From Bdellovibrionales bacterium (lineage in GTDB: Bacteria > Bdellovibrionota > Bdellovibrionia > Bdellovibrionales > JAMPXM01), in the NCBI GenBank assembly GCA_043785085.1, contig JAYVXN010000406.1, positions 1 through 33,512 on the forward strand: a stretch of DNA of 33,512 nt, read 5' to 3'. The position numbers and the translations under genes are program-made. Below, piece after piece: positions 1 through 8,349 of this stretch. Numbering within the stretch: the first letter of the stretch is position 1; every line of letters begins with the position of its first letter. The notes beneath the pieces are model-generated. The model had not been told where the DNA came from, searched no databases, and worked only from the letters and a program-made list of their open reading frames with translations.

Positions 1-54
1 GTACTCATTACCGAAAGTCTGGATTATGACCTAATTGGGCAAATTGTCCTTTAG
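1..54 (+). CDS. rimO: 3' end (partial) of a probable ribosomal protein S12 methylthiotransferase, TRAM-domain tail
   Basis: Frame +1 reads VLITESLDYDLIGQIVL then TAG at 52-54. This matches the 'V.I....YDL.G' C-terminus typical of RimO. Only 17 residues are visible, and the ORF is not in the supplied track. Confidence 0.6.
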   Translation, partial: VLITESLDYDLIGQIVL

Positions 55-415
55 GATACAGTGCGCTAAACCGTTAAAAGTAATGGGGATTAGATTGACC
101 CGATTATTTGGAGCGAGTAAAGATTAAGTTAACATAACATCCTGAGGTGCGCTGTGCTATCGAGCAAATTCATTCTATTGGTGGTCTATTCGGCTGTTCT
201 CTTTTTCGTCGTTAACGTTTTAATAAACTAAATATGACGAAATCTTCTTATTCTCAGGCTTACTAGCCCGGGCAAAATTACATCTAAGACAGTAAAATTT
301 TCCGAAAAATACCAATTTCCAAAACCCAATTGCCTTACGTCTCCCTCCTTGGTAAATGCCTTGGCACCTATTGAATTATTTTTCAGTGGTTAATTTCCAA
401 AAAAGGGGATCCAAA

Positions 416-1282
416 ATGAAGTCTTTGCTATTTTCAGCTTTGGCAGCAGCATTTGTTTTAGGAGCAACGACCGTTAAGGCCGCCACTCCAGAAGAGTTGC
501 TGACTCAAGCACAAGCGGCCTTTGCTCAAAGAGATTACACCGCAGACGGAATCAAACACGCTCAAGATGCCGTTGATGCCTACACTCAACTCGTTGGCAT
601 GACGACTGACAAAAAAGCCATAGCACAATACAGCTCTGGCCTTTCTGAATCCCTGTACTTTGTTGGCGATGCCAGCTCTGACAACAACATAAAATTATCA
701 GTCCATCAGCAAGGTATCACTGCTGCTGATAACGCTTTAAAACTCTACAATGTCACGAACGTCAGCAGCGTCGCTCAACCTATTCTTGACAGCCTGAAAG
801 CTCTGCCGGCTGATGAGCAAGCAACGCTTGGTGGGCTGCTCTATCAACGTGGTGCCAACCTCGGCAAATGGGGTGAGGCCAACGGAATTTTAGCTTCTTT
901 GAATAAATGGCCAGAACTCCGCGATACGATGCAGTTGATCATCAATATCGGCCAAAAAGCTGACCACCAATATGGCGCTTATCGTATTTTAGGTCGTGGC
1001 TATTATAAAATTCCTGGGTTTTTGGGCGGCGATGTTCAGAAATCGATGCAGTTTTTGTCAGCTGCCGTAAAGAACACCCTGGTTCCGGGAACGATCTTCA
1101 GCAAAAGCGGATACAACAACATCTATTTAGCTGATGTTTACAAAGATAATGGAAAAGCCGATCAGGCTAAAGCAATTCTTCAGGCCTTTGTAGCCGCTGA
1201 TCCTGCGTCGATCGATGCAAACTCAGTGGTTGAGATCAAAAAATCTCAAAAAGACGCTCAGGACATGTTAAACAACATGTAA
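416..1282 (+). CDS. Secreted alpha-helical TPR-like protein (TatT-like helical repeat)
   Basis: ATG at 416 follows AAGGGGA (SD-like). It encodes a Sec signal MKSLLFSALAAAFVLGATTVKA with no lipobox. The segments 'YQRGANLGKWGEANGILASL' and 'GAYRILGRGYYKIPGFLGGD' resemble TatT/TPR-type proteins. Confidence 0.65.
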   Translation: MKSLLFSALAAAFVLGATTVKAATPEELLTQAQAAFAQRDYTADGIKHAQDAVDAYTQLVGMTTDKKAIAQYSSGLSESLYFVGDASSDNNIKLSVHQQGITAADNALKLYNVTNVSSVAQPILDSLKALPADEQATLGGLLYQRGANLGKWGEANGILASLNKWPELRDTMQLIINIGQKADHQYGAYRILGRGYYKIPGFLGGDVQKSMQFLSAAVKNTLVPGTIFSKSGYNNIYLADVYKDNGKADQAKAILQAFVAADPASIDANSVVEIKKSQKDAQDMLNNM

Positions 1283-1303
1283 TTGAATTTCGAAGTTTGA
1301 ATT

Positions 1304-1338
1304 GGCCCTTAAGCGGAAATCTTAAGGGCCGTTTTTTT
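1304..1338 (+). terminator. Rho-independent terminator
   Basis: Perfect 10-bp stem GGCCCTTAAG / CTTAAGGGCC with a 7-nt loop, followed by G and a run of 7 T, shortly after the stop at 1282. Confidence 0.85.
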
Positions 1339-1369
1339 GTGCCTATTAGTTCCAAAAGGAAGCATTCGA

Positions 1370-2617
1370 ATGAAAAAACAGCTCATTGGTTCTGTGATTT
1401 CGATTTTAGTTGCTGCGCAGGCGTCAGCAGGAAGTTTAATGGCGCCCTACTCCATGGATAGTGCGGACACCCTTCCTAAAGGCGTGCGTAGTGTTCGTGT
1501 GGCGACCTTCACGACAGAAATGTCAAATAAGCTCGACGGCAGCGGTCAATCAATTTCACTCGGTGCGCCCTTTAGTAAACCGGTCACATATAATGCGCTC
1601 AGTGGTGCTCAACCGGCGGGATTTCAACGCGGCTCATTTCAGGGATATCTTGAATCAAAGGGCTTGAGCCTCAGTGACGTCGCGGGGCAAACCCATGGCA
1701 TCGTTGATGTTCGTTTGACCGCGACTGTTCCGGTTGTTGCCTATGGTATCACTGATAATTGGACCGTCGCTGTTGCTGTGCCAGTGCTTTATTCAAGCAC
1801 TAATGTCGACACGGGCTGGGAGGCCAACGACAGTATGCAAAGTATGATCAACCAAGCGGCCAGCGAGGGGCGTGCGGCCCAGTTGCGTGCAGCCCAGAGT
1901 AAGCTCGCCAATGTGGTGGCAGCACAAATCGCATCCTACAACTATAAGCCTGTTGAAAACGAGTCTCATACAGATCTGGGAGATATCACCCTGGTTTCAA
2001 AAGAGCGGTTACTGAAAGGAAGCAAAGTGACCTTTGCGCTTCAAGAGCGCATTGGCCTTCCGACAGGACGCCCGGCTGATCCGGATAAATTAGTTGATGT
2101 ACCGCCTGGTGATGGCTTTTATAAAGCCGGAATTGCGGGCATCACTGATTACCATTTGAACTCGAATTTGATTTTCAGCAACTCAATTGGCTACACCATG
2201 CAGATGCCCACACATTTGGCAAAACGCATTCCCACCACACCGGCTAGTCAATTGACGGCCGATACCGATTCCGAAACTCACGTTAAAATGGGTGATATTT
2301 TTAGCGGATCTCTTGGTGTGAAGTATACCGTCGCACGTTTGTGGACCCTAGGTTCAGCCTATGTGTTTCAGTATAAGGGCCCTGATCAATATGGTGGTGG
2401 CCTCTATTCACAAGAGCGTTACAATTATCTTTCAATCGATACAGAACAAACCTTGCAGACAGCCCAGGCGGGCCTGACATTCAGCACGTTGCCGATGTAT
2501 TTGACGAAGCATTTTCCGGTGCCGCTTGAGGCGAGCCTGAATTATGCACAGATTTTATCGGGTCGAGATGTCAATGAAGCCAACATCGCTTCATTCGAAT
2601 TCGTGATGTATTTCTAA
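1370..2617 (+). CDS. Outer-membrane beta-barrel protein, probably COG4313 / phenol-degradation MetA-like channel family
   Basis: ATG at 1370 follows AAAGGAAG. Signal peptide ends AQASA. It has a 'DLGDITL..K' strand and 'LPTG...D' motif, alternating amphipathic strands, and a C-terminal BAM-type signal FEFVMYF. Confidence 0.65.
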   Translation: MKKQLIGSVISILVAAQASAGSLMAPYSMDSADTLPKGVRSVRVATFTTEMSNKLDGSGQSISLGAPFSKPVTYNALSGAQPAGFQRGSFQGYLESKGLSLSDVAGQTHGIVDVRLTATVPVVAYGITDNWTVAVAVPVLYSSTNVDTGWEANDSMQSMINQAASEGRAAQLRAAQSKLANVVAAQIASYNYKPVENESHTDLGDITLVSKERLLKGSKVTFALQERIGLPTGRPADPDKLVDVPPGDGFYKAGIAGITDYHLNSNLIFSNSIGYTMQMPTHLAKRIPTTPASQLTADTDSETHVKMGDIFSGSLGVKYTVARLWTLGSAYVFQYKGPDQYGGGLYSQERYNYLSIDTEQTLQTAQAGLTFSTLPMYLTKHFPVPLEASLNYAQILSGRDVNEANIASFEFVMYF

Positions 2618-2627
2618 GGGAGCGCAA

Positions 2628-3590
2628 ATGAAAAAACAGCTTTTAATATTATTAGTGGTTGGTCTAGGCGGCTGTAGCGTGAAGCGCGATACTGTGGCGA
2701 ATAATCCGCCGCGCATCCCTTCGCCGAGCGAACAGAAGTTTACCAGCGAAGCAGGCACTCTGAATCCTCAGACGATTTCGATTTTCTTATGGCCAGAAAA
2801 CTGGAAGACAGAAGATGAAATCCGCACCCATGTTCGCGATCTGAACCGGGCCTCGGCAAAAATCGATGACATTACTAAAAAGCTCCTAGGCGAGTCGGGT
2901 GAGCTCGAAACTCTGACAAAGAAGTTTTCAGACGACAAATGCGCTGTGACCTACGGCAATCTTGGTCCTGATGATGATCCGGATTTGATGGATCAAATTC
3001 CGTGGAAAGCCATGCCGACTGATCCAGCCGGTGCGGCCGGTTGGACGGCTTGCGTGAGCAATCAAGATCGTCGGCTATTTTTAAAATCTGATATTGATAC
3101 AATAAAACAAAAAGAATTTATTCCGGCCGCGACCGTTGCGAGTCAGATCATTGATCCAGGATATCCAAAAGTCGTGACCAATGCTCGAAGCGTGAATGCC
3201 CAAGCATCGAAGATCGTGTTCGGCGCCAATGGGGATGTTGAAATCGTGTTAAAAGACTTCATTCTCACAAAGGTCACTCAGTCCTCTAAGGCCAATGAGT
3301 CGAAGATCACCAATGCCGTTACCGGAAAACTTGTGCCAACCCCGGGCGGACAAATCACCCATGTCGTCTACGACTCGACTAAGCGTTCACTGAGTTTCAC
3401 TGTTCCTGAGTTGGGTTTAAATGCTCAAGGAGATGCAGTTACGACCGGTGGCGTGTATGAGTTCAATCTGGCCCGCGCCGCGAACTTTTTGACTTTCGCG
3501 CGCTTTGTCGGCGACGTGAAATACACAAACGGCAGCGTCAGTCGCTTGGGCTCTATTAAAATTGACGGAGTTCTTGAAACGCCGAATTAG
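2628..3590 (+). CDS. Lipoprotein of unknown function
   Basis: MKKQLLILLVVGLGG-C lipobox and SD AAGGGAG, 10 nt after the barrel gene stop. Helical/coiled middle region and beta-rich C-terminus. Confidence 0.7.
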   Translation: MKKQLLILLVVGLGGCSVKRDTVANNPPRIPSPSEQKFTSEAGTLNPQTISIFLWPENWKTEDEIRTHVRDLNRASAKIDDITKKLLGESGELETLTKKFSDDKCAVTYGNLGPDDDPDLMDQIPWKAMPTDPAGAAGWTACVSNQDRRLFLKSDIDTIKQKEFIPAATVASQIIDPGYPKVVTNARSVNAQASKIVFGANGDVEIVLKDFILTKVTQSSKANESKITNAVTGKLVPTPGGQITHVVYDSTKRSLSFTVPELGLNAQGDAVTTGGVYEFNLARAANFLTFARFVGDVKYTNGSVSRLGSIKIDGVLETPN

Positions 3591-3592
3591 TC

Positions 3593-4111
3593 CTACTGTT
3601 TAAAGTAGAAAATATCCTCATAATTGCGGCCGATCTCTTCTGAATCCATACCGTATCCAACTAAATACCGGTCATCGATGGTCGCTCCGGCATAGTCGGG
3701 GCGAATCGGTAGCTCACGGCGAGCGGGTTTATCTAAGAGCGCGACGACCTTGAGTGAAGCCGGTGAACTGGCAAGAAGGCGCGTTTTTAAGAAGTTCAAG
3801 GTGCGGCCCGCATCCAAAATCTCTTCGACAATCAATACGTGCTTACCAGCGATATTAGTGCTGATATCTTTTTGGATGCGAATTGCACCATGTTTTTCAG
3901 TCGATGTGAGATGAACAAAGTCGACTTGTTGAGGAAGTTCAATTTGGCGAACCAAGTCAGCGAGAAAAATAAACGAACCTTTGAGCGGGCAGATATGAAT
4001 GATCTCTTTGCCGGCGTAGTCTTTTTCGATTTCTTTAGCCAGGCGCCGCACGGTTTTGGCGAGCTCTTCTTTGGTGAAGAAGGGGATCATGCTTTTCTTG
4101 AGACGCTCCAT
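3593..4111 (-). CDS. hpt: Hypoxanthine phosphoribosyltransferase family protein (atypical motifs)
   Basis: Motifs 'LKGSFIFLADL', PRPP loop 'VLIVEEILDAGRTL', 'LLDKP.RR' and 'YLVGYGMD....RN'. Confidence 0.8.
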   Translation of the reverse strand: MERLKKSMIPFFTKEELAKTVRRLAKEIEKDYAGKEIIHICPLKGSFIFLADLVRQIELPQQVDFVHLTSTEKHGAIRIQKDISTNIAGKHVLIVEEILDAGRTLNFLKTRLLASSPASLKVVALLDKPARRELPIRPDYAGATIDDRYLVGYGMDSEEIGRNYEDIFYFKQ

Positions 4112-4141
4112 GTGCTTGGCTCCTTTAAGTTCGCCGGGTGC

Positions 4142-4900
4142 TTATGCTAAAAGTGTCGAGTTCGTTTCTTGTGCCATTTGCAGGTACTTCAGCGCGATCG
4201 GGTGATCTGGATCGCGGAGCAGGGCGGTTTCCCATTGTTCCACGGCTTCAGCCACCTTGCTGGAATTATAATAAAGCAAACCCAGCTTTAGCCTTGCCGG
4301 AACAAACTGCGGGAACTCTTGCACCAGCATTTTCAATTCGCGCAGAGCCTTTGGTTCTTCTTCAAGGCGAATAAAGCACTCGACGATTTTCATTTTAAGC
4401 TCAGCCTTGCGGGTTGAAAGAGCGATGGCCGTTTCATACTGCGAAAGCGCCTCATGGTAGCGCTTGTTCTGAAAGTAGAGTTCACCGAGTTCATCATGCT
4501 TGGTCGCGAATTTTTCTTGAATATAAGGGTCGCCTTCGGCGTTCTTGCGCTCCAGAACCTTTTGCGCCTCGACAAAAACCTGACGGCCTTCTTCGTACTT
4601 TCCAAGATCATTGAGAATGATCGAGAGGCCAACGCTCGCATCGGTATAGCCCGGATCAATTTCAAGAGCGCGGCGAAAGGTTTTAATAGCTTTATTGAAC
4701 TTGCCCTGATCGTAGTAGATTGTCGCGAGCATTTGGAAAACTTCGGGATTGCGCCCGTCGGCCATGAGAACTTGATTCAAAAGAGATTCTGTAATGCGGT
4801 AGTTGCCCTCGCGAAAATGGTCTCGTGCGGTTTCGAGCAACTCTTTATGGTCAATTGATGCCGTATTTACCGAATTCACTTTTTGCCCTTTTTGCTTCAT
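4142..4900 (-). CDS. Cytoplasmic tetratricopeptide repeat protein
   Basis: Multiple TPRs (LATIYYDQGKFNKAIKTFRRALEIDP; LGELYFQNKRYHEA; ARLKLGLLYY). The start is uncertain: it overlaps the bamD 3' end, and GTG at 4879 is an alternative. Confidence 0.85.
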   Translation of the reverse strand: MKQKGQKVNSVNTASIDHKELLETARDHFREGNYRITESLLNQVLMADGRNPEVFQMLATIYYDQGKFNKAIKTFRRALEIDPGYTDASVGLSIILNDLGKYEEGRQVFVEAQKVLERKNAEGDPYIQEKFATKHDELGELYFQNKRYHEALSQYETAIALSTRKAELKMKIVECFIRLEEEPKALRELKMLVQEFPQFVPARLKLGLLYYNSSKVAEAVEQWETALLRDPDHPIALKYLQMAQETNSTLLA

Positions 4901-5609
4901 CCGATGACGGAAAAAGACTGGTCAGATTCTTAAAGTGTTGCAGGCCGCGGTCTCGTTCGCCAGTTTCAAATGCACTTTTTGCGGCTCCGAACAGTGCGCC
5001 CGCATCAAGGCCTAAGCTGGGATAAGTTTTCAGAACATATTCAAAGCGTTTCAATGCACTGTCGAACTTTTCGCGTTTAAAGTAAAACTGTGCAATGTAC
5101 ATTTCTTTATCGCCTAACATTTTCAAGGCCGCGTCTCTCTTGGTCTTAGCCTCGGCGACATATTGCGAACTTGGAAATGAATTGATTACCTCATCAAAGT
5201 ACAAAATCGACTTATCCGCCAGCGACAAATCTCGATCAATAGTTGAAGGTAGCTGGTTAAAATAACTGAGACCTAGTCGAAAGGTCACATAATCGGCCTG
5301 CGGATGCTTAGGATGAAAGTCTTTAAAAAGCTGATAAGCATTTTGCGCTTCAATATAGGCTTCACGCTTGAACTGGACGTCAGCAATATGCATTTCAGCT
5401 AATGTGGCAAAACGACTATAAGGGTGCTTGTTTTTAACTTCCGTAAACTTTTGAATGGCTTCTTCGTAACGCTCGTCTTTTTCAAGCTCTTCCGCTGCTT
5501 TGTAAGCGCCTTCAGGAGTTGCCGTATCAAGTTTTTCAGCGGATGAGCAACCCATCAGAAACGCGGTAAAAACAGGTAATAGTCCTAAAAGAACATAAGA
5601 AAATTTCAT
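4851..5609 (-). CDS. bamD: Outer membrane protein assembly factor BamD
   Basis: Lipobox LMG-C, plus 'HPYSRFA', 'FHPKHPQADY', 'DRD', 'FPSSQY' and 'KEMYIAQFYFKR' motifs typical of BamD/YfiO. Confidence 0.93.
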   Translation of the reverse strand: MKFSYVLLGLLPVFTAFLMGCSSAEKLDTATPEGAYKAAEELEKDERYEEAIQKFTEVKNKHPYSRFATLAEMHIADVQFKREAYIEAQNAYQLFKDFHPKHPQADYVTFRLGLSYFNQLPSTIDRDLSLADKSILYFDEVINSFPSSQYVAEAKTKRDAALKMLGDKEMYIAQFYFKREKFDSALKRFEYVLKTYPSLGLDAGALFGAAKSAFETGERDRGLQHFKNLTSLFPSSDEAKRAKSEFGKYGIN

Positions 5610-5615
5610 GCGCTT

Positions 5616-5645
5616 ATTTTAATGACGGACCGCGGTTAAAGTCAA
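5616..5645 (-). promoter_or_regulatory. Sigma70-type promoter for bamD
   Basis: Minus strand reads TTGACT-18 nt-TAAAAT, ending 6 nt before the bamD ATG. Confidence 0.6.
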
Positions 5646-5820
5646 CTGAATCGCAGGACCAAGGCCGAGGCCCGGGGACCCAAGGATTAACGACGTGGGC
5701 CAGGAAAATCTGGTTCATATTTGACTGACCCGATCTTACGCACGGCGGGTTAAAACCTCTTGCGTGTTGGTCCCGCGCGGGACGAAGCCTTGCGTCGAAA
5801 AAACGGCCCGACGTGATGGA

Positions 5821-6891
5821 CTAAGCTCGAAACTCCATCAAGTGATCGTAAACCGCAGTGACGGTGAGTTTCAGTGCGCTGGCAATTGGTATCGAAATCA
5901 TCATTCCTAAAATTCCCATCAGTTGGGCGCCAATGATAATCACAATGATGACCGTGACGGGATGAAGATTAACAATTTTGGCGACCACAAACGGGATAAT
6001 GAAAACAACATCGATCAACTGCGCAATGAAATAAATCGAGGTCACCAAAACTAAATTCAAACTCATTGATCCCGCAATCCGGGCATCTTCCGACACCAAC
6101 GCAATAATTACTGCCGGCACCGCACCGACAATCGGGCCTAGATACGGAATCAGATTTGTGAGCGCCGCAAATAGCGCCAGTAAGGTGGCATATGGAAAAC
6201 CAACGGCCAGCAAGCCGACCCACACGACAATACCGACTATCGCAGCCTCTAGAAAGCGTGCGCGAATAAAGCCGCCCAATTGTTCATTGATTTGATGGTG
6301 CAAATTCAGGGCGAGCTCAAAGAGATTATTGGGCACCATCGAAAGTAATGAGCGTGAGATGCTGCGGCCGTCCTGCAGCATAAAAAATGCGAAAAAGGGC
6401 GCGAGCATCACGACCGTGAGCGAACGTGAAATTACGCCGGGTAAAAAAGCCGAGAGCAGCGTGGTGCGGTCCACAATCCAGGCGTTTATCGTCATGCTCA
6501 TATTGATATTGTAAACGTTAAAGAAGCCTTTAAAGCGCGACTCGGTTCGCGCTAATAAATTGATCAAATCATGCTGGTACTGCGGCAGTTGTGATTCAAG
6601 GCGAAACAACTGCATCGAGAGTAGCGGCGCAATCATAAAGATGGCGAGCACGATCAACGCTGTGGCTCCGATGAACGGAATTAAAATGGCCAATTGTCTC
6701 GGCATCCGGCTGCTTTCGAGAAGATTGACGATTGGCGCTAGCAGATAGGTAATCACCACCGCGAGTACGAACGAGACCAAAAGATTATCGACCACAAAAA
6801 TGGCGACAATGCTGAGGCCGATGGTCACCAAAAAGGCCGCCAGTTTCAAGCGGCGTTCCCGGCGAATTTTAATTTGTAGCTGATCCATCAT
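5821..6891 (-). CDS. AI-2E family (PerM/UPF0118) transporter
   Basis: Multi-TM protein with 'YLLAPIVNLLE', 'FFMLQDG', 'NLIPYLGP' and 'LHPVTVII....G..LMGILGM.ISIP' motifs. Confidence 0.92.
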   Translation of the reverse strand: MMDQLQIKIRRERRLKLAAFLVTIGLSIVAIFVVDNLLVSFVLAVVITYLLAPIVNLLESSRMPRQLAILIPFIGATALIVLAIFMIAPLLSMQLFRLESQLPQYQHDLINLLARTESRFKGFFNVYNINMSMTINAWIVDRTTLLSAFLPGVISRSLTVVMLAPFFAFFMLQDGRSISRSLLSMVPNNLFELALNLHHQINEQLGGFIRARFLEAAIVGIVVWVGLLAVGFPYATLLALFAALTNLIPYLGPIVGAVPAVIIALVSEDARIAGSMSLNLVLVTSIYFIAQLIDVVFIIPFVVAKIVNLHPVTVIIVIIIGAQLMGILGMMISIPIASALKLTVTAVYDHLMEFRA

Positions 6892-7441
6892 TTTCGTCCA
6901 GTGGCGGAGGATTGCGAATGTCTTTCAGAGCACCGCGCAGTTCAGAAACTTTTTCGGTCGTGTCTTTGAGACGGCGGCCTAAAACTTCTGCTAACCGCAA
7001 AACGATTTTCACACCAGTTGATGGACTTCGGGCTAAAATTTCCATCAAATCAGGTTTGAAAAAGCCAATCAGGCGGCTTTCTTCGCGGGCAGTGGCAGTC
7101 GCGGTTCTTGGGCCGTTATCTTCAACAAGAGAAAGCTCGCCAAAAAAATCTCTCTCTAAAAGCTGCGTGATGAAAATCTCTCGCTCGGCTTCGTTTTGAA
7201 TAGTGTGATCAGTGACAGAGATATCGATTCGGCCGGTGACAATAATATACATTCCAACGCCGACCTCACCTTGGCGAAAAACCTGCTCGCTCGCGTGATA
7301 GCGTCGAAAGTGCACGATGTTCTCAACAAAAGAAAGCTCGCGATCGGAGAGATCCTTGAACAGAATATTCTCTTTGAGAACCGAGCGCAGATCATTTTCT
7401 TTGCGCGGTCGACGAAAGATATTGTCCCATAAGTAATTCAC
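6869..7441 (-). CDS. Stand-alone cyclic nucleotide-binding domain protein
   Basis: 'FRQGEVGVGMYIIVTG', 'FFGELSL' and 'PRTATA' phosphate-binding cassette, with no HTH. GTG at 7441 overlaps the upstream stop (GTGA), so the ORF-track start at 7519 is probably too long. Confidence 0.88.
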   Translation of the reverse strand: MNYLWDNIFRRPRKENDLRSVLKENILFKDLSDRELSFVENIVHFRRYHASEQVFRQGEVGVGMYIIVTGRIDISVTDHTIQNEAEREIFITQLLERDFFGELSLVEDNGPRTATATAREESRLIGFFKPDLMEILARSPSTGVKIVLRLAEVLGRRLKDTTEKVSELRGALKDIRNPPPLDENDGSATN

Positions 7442-8238
7442 GACACTGATCCGTTGGTTACATAGATACTTGCCCTTGGCACCCAGCCGGTTTGTCCTCC
7501 GGGATAGGTGACCTGACACCAGTCACCACTTGATTGTCGCACAATTACTTCAAGGCCTTCAAACAGTTCAAAAAGGGCGGTGCCATTGGTCTCGGGAGTC
7601 GAGCGCGCCTCGATTTTGACGGCGACGATCGTGGCGCGAACGACGTGATTGTCCCAGGCTTTAGCCAAGAGAGTCGCCAGAGTGAGCAAAAATAATAGCG
7701 ACAAAAGCCCGGCGGTCCAAGGCAAAGGCGGAAGCGGTTTTTCATCGAGCAGCGCGCGCCGATGAGCTCCGACGTACGTCAAAGTAAACCACCCGGCTAA
7801 TAACAACATCAGGGCTGTCATGAGGAGCAGGACGTTGGTCGTGAAATAATGCAAGACATGCACACGAAAAAATTCTTCGGCATCAAACTGCCTCGGTAAA
7901 AACGGGTGCTCGAGTTTCGCTTGCGCGAAACGCACGGCTTCATGCGCTGGACGATATCCTGGAGCCACAGTCAATGCTCTGCGCCACAGTGCCGTCGCAA
8001 GCCCTAGTTTACCGGAGCGGTATTCGGTCAGTCCTAAATTAAAAAGCAAGAGTGGATTATCGGGCTCCTGACTCAGTGCTTGGGAAAAACTTTGGCGAGC
8101 AGCGTCCCAATCTTTTTTTTCAAATGCACTCAGGCCAGCTTGAAAGCTTTCGGGCGCAGATTGTGCCTGTGCCGAGCGAAGGACTAAAAGAAGATTGAGA
8201 GACAGAAAAACCAGGGACAATAATCTCATTAAGCGCAT
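7438..8238 (-). CDS. BatE-like protein (signal peptide, TPR, 2 TM, SH3b-like C-terminus)
   Basis: TPR 'LLFNLGLTEYRSGKLGLATALWRRAL', two hydrophobic helices, and C-terminal 'LFELFEGLEV....GDWCQV....GWVP'. Start is ATG at 8238 or 8229. Confidence 0.75.
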   Translation of the reverse strand: MRLMRLLSLVFLSLNLLLVLRSAQAQSAPESFQAGLSAFEKKDWDAARQSFSQALSQEPDNPLLLFNLGLTEYRSGKLGLATALWRRALTVAPGYRPAHEAVRFAQAKLEHPFLPRQFDAEEFFRVHVLHYFTTNVLLLMTALMLLLAGWFTLTYVGAHRRALLDEKPLPPLPWTAGLLSLLFLLTLATLLAKAWDNHVVRATIVAVKIEARSTPETNGTALFELFEGLEVIVRQSSGDWCQVTYPGGQTGWVPRASIYVTNGSVS

Positions 8239-8246
8239 AGTATAGA

Positions 8247-8274
8247 ATTGTAGAGAACTGGTGAAATTCTGCAA
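8247..8274 (-). promoter_or_regulatory. Putative sigma70 promoter for the BatE-like operon
   Basis: Minus strand reads TTGCAG-16 nt-TACAAT, 8 nt before ATG 8238. Confidence 0.4.
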
Positions 8275-8349
8275 CCCATTTCCCTTGTTTTAGACGACAG
8301 GACTCGCTTAAAATACGGGGATTCTTTGCAGAGAAAGTTTGAGGTTTGA

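Noticed and set aside
361-376. TGGCAC...TTGAA upstream of the TPR gene as a sigma54 promoter
   Set aside because: The spacing is 2 nt too short for a -24/-12 element.
5738-5800. Superficial likeness to a c-di-GMP-I riboswitch (ACGCAC..GGG..AAACC...GGGACG.AAGCC)
   Set aside because: It has no GNRA tetraloop/receptor pair and no downstream gene on the + strand. Kept only as a generic structured element.
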